Shown in pieces: positions 29,173 to 37,750 of a stretch of 64,000 bases of DNA. Origin of the DNA: Candidatus Iainarchaeum sp. (GTDB lineage Archaea; Iainarchaeota; Iainarchaeia; Iainarchaeales; JAFCCW01); assembly GCA_017609985.1 (NCBI GenBank), contig JAFCCW010000010.1:1765-65764 (forward strand). The letters are read 5' to 3'. Made by a program: the position numbers and the translations under genes. The notes under the pieces are model-generated. The model was not told where the DNA came from. It was given only the letters and a program-made list of their open reading frames with translations, and searched no databases. Each line of letters opens with the position of its first letter. Position 1 is the first letter of the stretch.

Positions 29173-29446
29173 TAAAAAAAACCCAAATTAGGCTTTTTTT
29201 TAAGTATGGGTAAAACAGGAGGATTTATAGGAAAAAAGAGCTTCAAATTAGCCTTTTTTCTTATGTATATTTTTATTTTTTTGCGGGTTTTTTAAAAATT
29301 TTTTTTGGGAAAAAATAGCCGTTATGTATATTTGTGCTTTAAAGAAATAATCTATTTCCTTAAGAAACAGAATCTAATCTTGTTGGTTTTATGTCTGTGA
29401 ATTGTGTTCTTTAAGTAGTTTTTTTCTTTTTCTGCTTGTCTTCTTT

Positions 29447-31339
29447 TTACTTGAGCCTTACTGCGTCAAGATTCTGGAGTGAAGAAGCATTTACTCTGAA
29501 CTTGTTTGAGAAATATTTTGAGAGAGACATGCAATTATGCTTGTCTCCGTGATTTATCAGAATTCTTTTTGGTTTTGGCTTTAAGTGTGTTACATAACTT
29601 GTAAGTTGTCTTATGTCTGAATGTCCTGAAAATCCTTCCACTGTTTCAACCTTCATGTTTATATTCAATGCTCTTGTTCTTCCCTTTTCAGTTGTTATTG
29701 GAATTTCCTTGTTGCCATTCTGTATTTTTCTGCCCAAACTGCCTTCTCCTTGCCATCCAACAAAAACAAGAGCATTTGCTGGATTTTCCGCCATTTTGTA
29801 CAAGTATTCTAGTGAAGCACCGCCCGTGAGCATTCCCGAACTTGCCATAATAATTGCTGAACCATTCTCTAATATTTGATCCCTGTTTGTGTAATCTGCG
29901 GTTTCAAAAATTTCTGAAGTAAATGGTGAGTCATTCTGGAGAATTCTTCTTTGAACATTTTTTCTCAAATACTCTGGATATGCTGTGTGAATTGCTGAAG
30001 CCTCTCTAGTCATACCATCAACATAACACTTTGCTTCAATAAGTCCTTTTCTGTAAAAATTCTCTATAACGAGCATTATTTCCTGTCCTCTTCCCACTGC
30101 AAACACTGGAATTAACAGGCTTCCATCTCGCTGAATTGTTTCATTAATTATGCGCAATAACTGGTCTTCGCTCATTTGTCTGTTTGGTTGAACATCATTC
30201 TTTCCCCCGTAAGTGCTTTCAATTATCAGAGTTTCAAGCCTTGGATACTTTATATCCACGTTATTGAATAATCTTGTAAACCCGTATTTGATGTCTCCAG
30301 TGTAAACAAGATTATGGTCTCCTTCTCCTATGTGCATGTGCACTGAAGCACTTCCAAGAATATGTGCTGCATTGTGCAGTGTCATTCTCAAATCCGGAGC
30401 AATATCTGTTACTTCCCTGTAATCTCGGGGAATGCTATGCGTTATCATATCCTTTACATCTTTTTCGCTGTAAGGTGGTTCTTTTCCTTCCTTTACAAGC
30501 ACGTCAATGTAATCAAACTGTAGCAAAGTCATCAAGTCCCTGGTTGGCAAAGTACTGTAAACTGGTCCTTTGTAACCGAGCTTGAACAAGTATGGGATAA
30601 ATCCAGAGTGATCTAAGTGAGCATGTCCAACAATAACAGCGTCCAGTTCGTTCATTGGAAAATTTAGAGAATCAAGATATGGGAATGGTTCGTCTGTTGC
30701 AGCAACATTTATTCCACAGTCCATCAAAATCTTTGTGTTTGTTGTTTCAAGCATTATACAGCTTCTTCCAACCTGTCTAAAGCCTCCGAGTGCAGTTAAT
30801 CTAACCCATCCCTTGCTGTTTTCTGGAACCTCTCGATAAATATTTTCTGCTACTTCTTTTAGGATTTTCTTTCTTTCAGAGCTATTATTGAACAAATGTC
30901 TTCTGATTCCTGTGAGAATATCACTTTTTGAAGTTGGGGCTCTTAAAATATTTGGAGTCCAGCCAGTCTGAAGAATTATTTCCTTTGATGTTTCCCCGCC
31001 CTTGCCGATTACAAGCCCTGGTTTCATTACTTCCATCACAACCTCTGAAAAAGAGTGATCAAACATCATGTCCTGTATTCCAGCATCTTCCGGAACAATT
31101 TCATTAATTTTCTTTTTTGCTTCTTCTTCATCCATCAGCATGTTCTTTGATGTTCTGATGTTTACTCTTTTCTTTAGTTCGTGAGCAAGCTTTGCTACGT
31201 AATTCTCATTTTCAAAAAAAGCTTTTGGGTTTTTTGTATAAATAGCTACTTCTGGGCCTTCAAGCTCTACTTTTGAAATCTGGGTTTCCCTTGGCAGGAT
31301 TTCCTGCACAATATCCTCTGTTTCCTTTAGTATTTTCAT
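29447..31339 (-). CDS. beta-CASP ribonuclease aCPSF1 (FttA)
   Basis: N-terminal KH domains (GLVIGKGG), HAHLDHSG, AHILGS, ESTYG, FSGHSD. Confidence 0.95.
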   Translation of the reverse strand: MKILKETEDIVQEILPRETQISKVELEGPEVAIYTKNPKAFFENENYVAKLAHELKKRVNIRTSKNMLMDEEEAKKKINEIVPEDAGIQDMMFDHSFSEVVMEVMKPGLVIGKGGETSKEIILQTGWTPNILRAPTSKSDILTGIRRHLFNNSSERKKILKEVAENIYREVPENSKGWVRLTALGGFRQVGRSCIMLETTNTKILMDCGINVAATDEPFPYLDSLNFPMNELDAVIVGHAHLDHSGFIPYLFKLGYKGPVYSTLPTRDLMTLLQFDYIDVLVKEGKEPPYSEKDVKDMITHSIPRDYREVTDIAPDLRMTLHNAAHILGSASVHMHIGEGDHNLVYTGDIKYGFTRLFNNVDIKYPRLETLIIESTYGGKNDVQPNRQMSEDQLLRIINETIQRDGSLLIPVFAVGRGQEIMLVIENFYRKGLIEAKCYVDGMTREASAIHTAYPEYLRKNVQRRILQNDSPFTSEIFETADYTNRDQILENGSAIIMASSGMLTGGASLEYLYKMAENPANALVFVGWQGEGSLGRKIQNGNKEIPITTEKGRTRALNINMKVETVEGFSGHSDIRQLTSYVTHLKPKPKRILINHGDKHNCMSLSKYFSNKFRVNASSLQNLDAVRLK

Positions 31340-31390
31340 TTATATCACTGGCCTTTAAGGTCAAGGCAATAAGATAAAGCAAGCGTGAAC

Positions 31391-32041
31391 CTAGTTTGCT
31401 TTATTCTCAATGAATTTTTTAACTTTAGCGTCGTCAATTTGTCTTACTCCGTTCTGGTCTATGACCATAACAGAAATTGAGACTCCGCCAGAGTAAATAT
31501 CCCGTTTTTTTGCAGCACTAACTGCTTTTACACAAAGCGCTATTCCTTCATTCTCTGTTAATCCTGTTTTGTACTGCTGGTCTAGGACGCTTAAAGCAAG
31601 CTCTGTTCCCGAACCAGAAACAGCATAGCTCTTTCTTTCAAGAATTCCGCCGAATGGGGTTATCTCAAAAAGTTCTGGTTCGTTATTTACTCCGCCCAAG
31701 ATAAACTGGGCAATAAATGGATAATATCTGTTTGCATTCAAAACATTTGAAAGATATGCTGCTAATGCCTTTGGAGTAATCATTGTTTCTCTTTCAACCT
31801 CGTAGAGGTTTGCATGACTCTTCAAAAAGCGAATAACTGTAAGAGAATCTCCAACAGACCCAGCGTTAGTAACTGCAATTCTTTCAGTTATTTCATAAAT
31901 TTTCTGGGCTTCCTCATCATAAGCAAGGTGACCCATTGAAGCACGCATGTCTGCTGCAAGAACTACTGCATTTTCAGTAATAATTCCAACCGTAGTTGTT
32001 CCTGTTTTTAAATCCTGTTTTTGATCCAATAAAACCACCAA
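31391..32041 (-). CDS. psmB: proteasome subunit beta
   Basis: KTGTTTVG propeptide junction, AADMRAS, AGSVGD, GSG, RDIYSG. Confidence 0.95.
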   Translation of the reverse strand: MVVLLDQKQDLKTGTTTVGIITENAVVLAADMRASMGHLAYDEEAQKIYEITERIAVTNAGSVGDSLTVIRFLKSHANLYEVERETMITPKALAAYLSNVLNANRYYPFIAQFILGGVNNEPELFEITPFGGILERKSYAVSGSGTELALSVLDQQYKTGLTENEGIALCVKAVSAAKKRDIYSGGVSISVMVIDQNGVRQIDDAKVKKFIENKAN

Positions 32042-32110
32042 ATAAAAGAGCCTATTTTTTGGTAATAACTTCCTACTGACAAAGGTTTAAAAAGCTAATT
32101 TTTGTCTTGT

Positions 32111-32686
32111 TCAAGAAGGCTTTGAAACCACAAGAGTGTTTCCCTCAAATCTAGGTTTCCAGCCTTTTTTTTCAAGAGATTTCAGAAAATCACTTCTTTT
32201 TTGAATATTTCCTGAAATCTGCAATTTTCCAATTCTTGTTTCTCCACCTTTTCTTACAACTCTCATCATTTCATTAATTACTTCAAACAATTTTTTTTCA
32301 TAAATTGACGCAGAATAACTTGCAATCAAAAGATCAAATGATTCTCTTTTGAATGGAAGTTTTGCCCAATTGCCTGTGACAGCTTTTTTAAGTCCTATTT
32401 TGTTTGAATATTCTCGCATAGCTTCAAGATTGAATGCAAGATCAAGCGATACTATATTGAATGGTTTTTTGCTATATTTGTGTCCAAGTCTTGAGAATCC
32501 AGAACCTATGTCCAGTACTCTTTTTCCTCGCAGGTCTTTTTTAGTTAACTTAAGATTTCTTAAAATTTCAGAGGCTGGTCTTTGAGTCATACCCAACCCT
32601 TGCCAGATAGCGTCTTCAAAAATTTCCTGCCTTTCTGCTTTTAATCTTTTAGGGTCAAGTTTTGCAATTCTCTTTCTTCTCAACAT
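32111..32686 (-). CDS. class I SAM-dependent methyltransferase
   Basis: VLDIGSG, LPFKRESFDL, EMMRVVRKGG. Confidence 0.85.
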   Translation of the reverse strand: MLRRKRIAKLDPKRLKAERQEIFEDAIWQGLGMTQRPASEILRNLKLTKKDLRGKRVLDIGSGFSRLGHKYSKKPFNIVSLDLAFNLEAMREYSNKIGLKKAVTGNWAKLPFKRESFDLLIASYSASIYEKKLFEVINEMMRVVRKGGETRIGKLQISGNIQKRSDFLKSLEKKGWKPRFEGNTLVVSKPS

Positions 32687-32695
32687 ACAATTAGT

Positions 32696-33496
32696 TTACT
32701 TTTCTTCCTTTTTATCTTTTGTCGTTCCTTCGGTTTCTTTTTTTTCTGTTTTGTCTGCTGTTTCTTCTTTCTTAGCACTGCTCTTTTCGCCTGTTTTCTC
32801 CTTTCCTTTACTCTTCTCTTTTTTCTTTCCTTCAAATTCTTCAACAAACACAACCTTCTTTATTCCAAGATTACTTCCTGTCAGCGAATCAGAAAAAATC
32901 TTTTTCAGCTGAGCAATTGCCTGTCCATACTTAGCATCAATTCTGACAACTGCTTCTTCTCCCTTTACCTTAAGCTCTGCTTCTCCTTTTGGAAGCCCGC
33001 CAAAATATTTTTCAAAAACTGCTTTTGTTCCCTTTTCCTTGTCAGTAATCTCTTCCTTTATTTCCACATCGAATTCTACGCTTCTTCCAGCCAGGGGGTG
33101 GTTGAAGTCTACTCTAACCCTTCCTCCGCTCACTGATTGAACACGCGCGTTTCTTCCATTTGCTTCAATAATCATGCCTGGAAAAGGTGTCATTTTCTCT
33201 TTTTTAAATTCTTTAAGTGGAATAACCTTTACAAGTTCTGCGCTTCTCTCTCCAAAAGCCTCGCTTGCTTCTAACTCCAGCTTCTTGTTGTCTCCCTTTT
33301 TCATTCCGATTAATGCCTTGTCAAGCCCTTGCACAAGCTCTCCCTTGCCTGCAACAACAAGAACTGGTTCATATTTGCCATTTCTTGACTCTGCTTGCTT
33401 GTCAGCATCTTTTTCTCTTGTTGTGTCAAAAACATCTCCGCCCACAACTCTTCCAGTATAATCAATTTTTGCTAAACTCCCTTCTTTCAAAGCCAT
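32696..33496 (-). CDS. long-type FKBP peptidyl-prolyl isomerase (SlyD-like)
   Basis: DYTGR...FDTT, EAFGER, GRVRVDFNHPLAG. Confidence 0.92.
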   Translation of the reverse strand: MALKEGSLAKIDYTGRVVGGDVFDTTREKDADKQAESRNGKYEPVLVVAGKGELVQGLDKALIGMKKGDNKKLELEASEAFGERSAELVKVIPLKEFKKEKMTPFPGMIIEANGRNARVQSVSGGRVRVDFNHPLAGRSVEFDVEIKEEITDKEKGTKAVFEKYFGGLPKGEAELKVKGEEAVVRIDAKYGQAIAQLKKIFSDSLTGSNLGIKKVVFVEEFEGKKKEKSKGKEKTGEKSSAKKEETADKTEKKETEGTTKDKKEEK

Positions 33497-33588
33497 TTAT
33501 CTCACCTTTATAAAAACCCTTTTTAATGCTTTTCATACAAAAAACAGTAATAAGATTGGCTTATGAAACTTTTTTAAAGGTGTGTTAA

Positions 33589-34332
33589 ATGGAAAAATGG
33601 CAAACTATTCTCATTCTGATTGTGATTGCAATTGGTTTTTCAGGACTGAGTTTTTTCGGAAGCCAGAATAATTCGGGAAACAATACTGAGGACATTCCCC
33701 CTTTGTTCAATCCAGACCAGAGCCAGGTCACAATGATTGCTAAGGGAGTGGAAATAGAAATCGCAAATTTGCTTCCGACAATTTATGTTGAAGCTGAAAC
33801 AGAGGAGCTTGACGCACAACCAATCGCAGAACAACTTTACAAGGTTGAAGGAGTAAAGATAGTTAACAATCCAAAGCTCTCACTTCAATACCAGAACTTG
33901 CTTACATTCTCGGCAACAATTTCTTTTGAAACAGATCAAACTGCTGAAGAAATTCTTGCAAGAATAAATGACCTGAATTCTCTGCCTTTTGTTTCCAAAG
34001 TAAGAGGACAAGCTTTCGCAGTTGTAAACCTGCCAGCTCAGCTTGAACTTAGTCTTCCAAACGATGAGAACACTACAATGCTTCACAAGTTTGAAGAATC
34101 AATGGCTAACGCAATAATCTATTCTCTTGACAAAAAGAACGGGGACACAATCACTGCAGATGTAGCAGTTGTTCTTGCTGGAGAAAAAGCTCTTCAAATA
34201 GCAGTTGAAGAACAGGTTCCAGTTCAAGAAATCAGCGAAGGGGAAGAAACAGAGTTAAGTTCTGAAGACAATACTCTTCCTGAAGAACAGACAGATGAAT
34301 CACCGGAATCCGATGAAGAAGCAAGCGAATAA
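33589..34332 (+). CDS. membrane-anchored acidic hypothetical protein
   Basis: N-terminal TM, acidic tail. Confidence 0.7.
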   Translation: MEKWQTILILIVIAIGFSGLSFFGSQNNSGNNTEDIPPLFNPDQSQVTMIAKGVEIEIANLLPTIYVEAETEELDAQPIAEQLYKVEGVKIVNNPKLSLQYQNLLTFSATISFETDQTAEEILARINDLNSLPFVSKVRGQAFAVVNLPAQLELSLPNDENTTMLHKFEESMANAIIYSLDKKNGDTITADVAVVLAGEKALQIAVEEQVPVQEISEGEETELSSEDNTLPEEQTDESPESDEEASE

Positions 34333-34398
34333 CTGTTAAATAATTATTCTTCATTTTTTTCTTGCACTATCAAATTGTCTTAGTGTCTTAGCTGAATT

Positions 34399-34701
34399 TC
34401 AACCATTTCTCTGAGTGACGCTCCTGAATGCCCCTGTGCCTTGAAATGGTTTGAAAGTAATTTTAGCTTGTTCTCTTGTCATGTTTTTGTCTCTTGCAAG
34501 CACTTGCCCAAAACCAGCGTTATCTTTTCCCTTTCTTTTTAATTTAGCTGTTACTCTTGCTAATTCAGTATTGGAAATTCCCATTCTCCGTTGCTCGTTT
34601 TTCCCGCGCTTAAAATCTGCTCCTAATTTGCCACAAACATCTTCAAAATGTCTCCTTTGCCCTTTTTTTATCTCTCCCGGTCTTCTTGGAATTTCATTCA
34701 T
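34399..34701 (-). CDS. basic hypothetical protein
   Basis: overlaps the nac stop; 100 aa. Confidence 0.55.
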   Translation of the reverse strand: MNEIPRRPGEIKKGQRRHFEDVCGKLGADFKRGKNEQRRMGISNTELARVTAKLKRKGKDNAGFGQVLARDKNMTREQAKITFKPFQGTGAFRSVTQRNG

Positions 34702-35038
34702 CTCCTTTCAGTTCCAGGATTGCTTCTGCTATGTCGCCCTCGTTTTTCTTCAATGCAGCTTCTGCTTTTTTCTCGTCTACTCCTGCCTGTTCCATTACCA
34801 TCTTGATGTCTTCTTCCGGAATCTTTTTTCCCTCTTCTTTTTCTTCGCCCATTATTGTGTAGGTTTTTTGTCCCTGCATTTCAACTGCTGAAACACTTGG
34901 CTTTTCTATAACAATTTTTCTGTCTTTTAACTCAATCGTAACCCGCTCGGCTTCAAGCTCTTCTGTCTTAATTCCCAGTTGCTTCATCATCTTGCCCATC
35001 TGCTTTGGATTCATTCCTTTTCCCATTCCCGGAAACAT
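34694..35038 (-). CDS. nac: nascent polypeptide-associated complex protein
   Basis: MNPKQMGKMMKQLGI; C-terminal UBA EDIKMVMEQAGV...GDIAEAIL. Confidence 0.93.
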   Translation of the reverse strand: MFPGMGKGMNPKQMGKMMKQLGIKTEELEAERVTIELKDRKIVIEKPSVSAVEMQGQKTYTIMGEEKEEGKKIPEEDIKMVMEQAGVDEKKAEAALKKNEGDIAEAILELKGDE

Positions 35039-35129
35039 TCAATCACCTCTTTTTTTGCCTTGTTTTTTTCTTTCTTATTCATTCTTGTTCCAAAAAACTT
35101 ATTAACTTCTTGACACTTCTATTTTTTAG

Positions 35130-35774
35130 ATGAGCTTTATCATCTCATCAGTGGAAAAGTTTAATGAAATAGCTGGAAATGATTTTGAGAGAGATGAGGC
35201 TCGAATTTCTGCAATGGAGCATTATTTTTCAAAAGGGGGAGTAATCAAGGTTGCTCCATCTTCAAATAGTTGGCCTTCTCTACTTTATCCAAATCCTTTA
35301 AATCTGAAAACCAAGATTGACAAGCTTTCAACAAACAGAGGAATTTTTCTAAAAAAACAGTTTGCTTGGAAACAAAAGTTGAGGGATGCTAGCATTTATG
35401 AACTGGCAAACAATGTCAAAAAATTTAAGGAAAAAGCTTACTGGAAGCATGTTTCCAAGTACATGTCTGACCAGGATTATCGAGCAGATGCTGACTCTGT
35501 AAAGCTTCCGATTCATCTCGTTGCAGACAAGCGCTGGAAGCCAATGATTGAAATGTTTGTGGAAGACTATGACTATAGAAAGAAACTCACAGAAACAGTT
35601 GAGAAAAGCATTGTTTACAAAGATGACAAGCGCGTTGCCCGATTTGCTGACGTAATCCAGTCATTTCGTGTAGACGAATCCACAAAAAAAATCAACGAGC
35701 TTCAGGCAAAAATTGATGCAATTGACAAAGACATTGAATCAATGAAAGAAATGATGAAATGGGGCAAAAGCTAA
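35130..35774 (+). CDS. hypothetical protein
   Basis: 214-aa ORF with coiled-coil C-terminus. Confidence 0.7.
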   Translation: MSFIISSVEKFNEIAGNDFERDEARISAMEHYFSKGGVIKVAPSSNSWPSLLYPNPLNLKTKIDKLSTNRGIFLKKQFAWKQKLRDASIYELANNVKKFKEKAYWKHVSKYMSDQDYRADADSVKLPIHLVADKRWKPMIEMFVEDYDYRKKLTETVEKSIVYKDDKRVARFADVIQSFRVDESTKKINELQAKIDAIDKDIESMKEMMKWGKS

Positions 35775-36613
35775 AATCTTTGTTTTCCCGATGACTCTCC
35801 ATTGATTGCATTTATTGCATTGTTAATGACAACCATTGGAAGCTCGTGGTCTGTTCCTTTCACAGGCCCTAACTGTCTTATTTCTTTAATTCTGCTTTCA
35901 AGCTCTGGAATTATTTGTGTTTTGAGAAGTTCAATGATTTTTTCTTCTCTTTGTTCATGAGCTTTTCTTGCAATATCTGTAATTCCTTGTGCGCAAAGTC
36001 CTGAAAGAGATGGATTGCTGTGCTCTATTCCAAAAACTAATCCTTCTGCTGCTTCAATTCTTTTCATTCTAAATCTAATTCCTGCCTTTTTCAAGTGCTC
36101 TGCTGCTTCTTCTCTTATTGGTTGGTTGTGCTCATTTTCAACAGTCTCTGACAAAAAACTTGTTGACCTTTCTCCAATAGTAAAAAGTGTTTCCACAAAA
36201 GAATGCCTAAAATAATTCTCTCTTCTTTTTACATCTTGGCTTGTGGATTCTTTTGATTTTCTTCTTGAAGCAGTAATTATGTCGTGATAGTATGTTCTTC
36301 CATCTGCTCCAAGATGATTTATTGCTGCAAGAAGAGCATTAACTCTTATTTTTGGGTTTTCATATCTAAGCAGTCTGGAAACAATGTCGTGCACAAGCTG
36401 TGTTGGAACAGAAGTTCTTATTCTTAGCGCGTTTGCAAGATACTCTAATTCGGTTTCATCTCCTCTTTCCATAATTTCCGCAATAACTTTCACTGCTTCT
36501 CGTCTAAATTCATTCTTGCCCTCTGAAGCAATTTCAAGAAAAGTATGGGTATTTTCTCTTTCCTGTTCTGGGTCTCTGCCAGACTCTCCTGCTCTTCTAT
36601 TTCTTCTAATCAT
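35771..36613 (-). CDS. HEAT-repeat-like hypothetical protein
   Basis: ENPKIRVNAL and NQPIREEAAEHL HEAT-like units. Confidence 0.55.
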   Translation of the reverse strand: MIRRNRRAGESGRDPEQERENTHTFLEIASEGKNEFRREAVKVIAEIMERGDETELEYLANALRIRTSVPTQLVHDIVSRLLRYENPKIRVNALLAAINHLGADGRTYYHDIITASRRKSKESTSQDVKRRENYFRHSFVETLFTIGERSTSFLSETVENEHNQPIREEAAEHLKKAGIRFRMKRIEAAEGLVFGIEHSNPSLSGLCAQGITDIARKAHEQREEKIIELLKTQIIPELESRIKEIRQLGPVKGTDHELPMVVINNAINAINGESSGKQRF

Positions 36614-36663
36614 AAAAAGAAAACAATTCGAGTCAATAAAACTTTATTGGAAATTTTTCTTCC

Positions 36664-36708
36664 TTCAAGTTCACCGGAAATCCAGTGTGCTTCAAGCAGT
36701 ATATAAAG
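36664..36708 (+). promoter_or_regulatory. promoter with GTTCACCGGAA element
   Basis: TTCAAGTTCACCGGAAATCC (20/20 identical to the minus-strand copy at 9611-9630) and TATATAAAG at 36700. Confidence 0.7.
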
Positions 36709-36739
36709 CTCGGAGCAGAACTGTTTACGAGGTGATTAA

Positions 36740-36814
36740 ATGAGTGCTTTTAGGATAATGAGGTTTGAAGAAGCTTTAGGAGAAAGAAACGCATTGCGTT
36801 CTTTCATTAAATAA
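36740..36814 (+). CDS. 24-aa upstream micro-ORF
   Basis: GAGGTGA RBS, MSAFRIMRFEEALGERNALRSFIK. Confidence 0.4.
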   Translation: MSAFRIMRFEEALGERNALRSFIK

Positions 36815-36872
36815 ATTAATAACCAAACAATCAAAACAATTTAACAAACTGAAATGCAAAGGAGGTGGGTCA

Positions 36873-37106
36873 ATGCAACCAGTAAAAAAATATTCTGCAG
36901 GCGGCCTTCAGGTCGCAGTATGGGAAAATGAAAGCAAAACAGGCGGAAAATTCCACACAGTCTCCATGGACAGAAGCTACAAGGACAACAAAGACAATTG
37001 GCAGAAAACAAACACTCTACGAGTAAATGATATTCCAAAAGCAGTTGTTGCTCTTACAAGAGCATATGAATTCGCAGTCCTCAAAGAACCAACAATTGCA
37101 GACTAA
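36873..37106 (+). CDS. small hypothetical protein, putative ssDNA-binding
   Basis: GGAGGTG RBS; VAVWEN...SMDRSYKD...WQKTN beta-rich aromatic pattern; function inferred. Confidence 0.65.
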   Translation: MQPVKKYSAGGLQVAVWENESKTGGKFHTVSMDRSYKDNKDNWQKTNTLRVNDIPKAVVALTRAYEFAVLKEPTIAD

Positions 37107-37145
37107 CTGGAACAACAAAAACAAAAATGCCTGAGCAGGCTTTGC

Positions 37146-37673
37146 CTATGTTCCATCTCCGACAGTGTATCCGCCTCTGCTCCCAGCCGAAGGCCCTTTT
37201 TCTTCCCACAAGTTATCAATCCTCAAAGTAAGATTCCTTTGTTTTCCTTCAACAACTGCGTCAACTGTTCTTTTCCTGTTTACCCAACCTGTTTCTGGGT
37301 CGTGACTAAGAAGATTGAATCTTCCGTGAAGAGTGGGTTTATTCAACATATAAACTAATCGAGTGTGCCCTCCGGTTTTAATCAAAAACACGCTAGAAAC
37401 AGGGTGTTCTGTTCTATCTATGGTTATGCTTTTCACTGGAACACGTTTTGCTGGAAATTTTTTCCCAACAAGCTCGTCTCTTAACTGGTTAGGGGTTATA
37501 GTTTTTTCAGGGGTTGGAATCGTTCTTGCGTTAATTGGTTCGTCTCCATTTAGCTGTCTTTCAAGTTTTTTTCTTTCCAGTGAAGTTCTTTCGGCAGTTA
37601 TTGCTTTTCCTGCTCTTTTTCTTGCTTCAGCTGACTGGACTGTTTTTGCTGGCTCACCCTTGCCTCTAATCAT
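37146..37673 (-). CDS. basic hypothetical protein
   Basis: ATG 37673 (MIRGKGEP); longer track start overlaps hel308. Confidence 0.55.
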   Translation of the reverse strand: MIRGKGEPAKTVQSAEARKRAGKAITAERTSLERKKLERQLNGDEPINARTIPTPEKTITPNQLRDELVGKKFPAKRVPVKSITIDRTEHPVSSVFLIKTGGHTRLVYMLNKPTLHGRFNLLSHDPETGWVNRKRTVDAVVEGKQRNLTLRIDNLWEEKGPSAGSRGGYTVGDGT

Positions 37674-37750
37674 TCTTTTTATTCTTTCAAATACCCTGTA
37701 AACAAAAACGCAAACGAGGTATTTAATTGTTTTCTTTGCCCAATCTTTAA

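Noticed and set aside
4364-29330. TACATAAC/GTTATGT as integron attC core sites
   Set aside because: No paired inverse-core/core hairpins of attC size, no integrase, copies occur inside and next to housekeeping genes, and orientation tracks the dif-like site.
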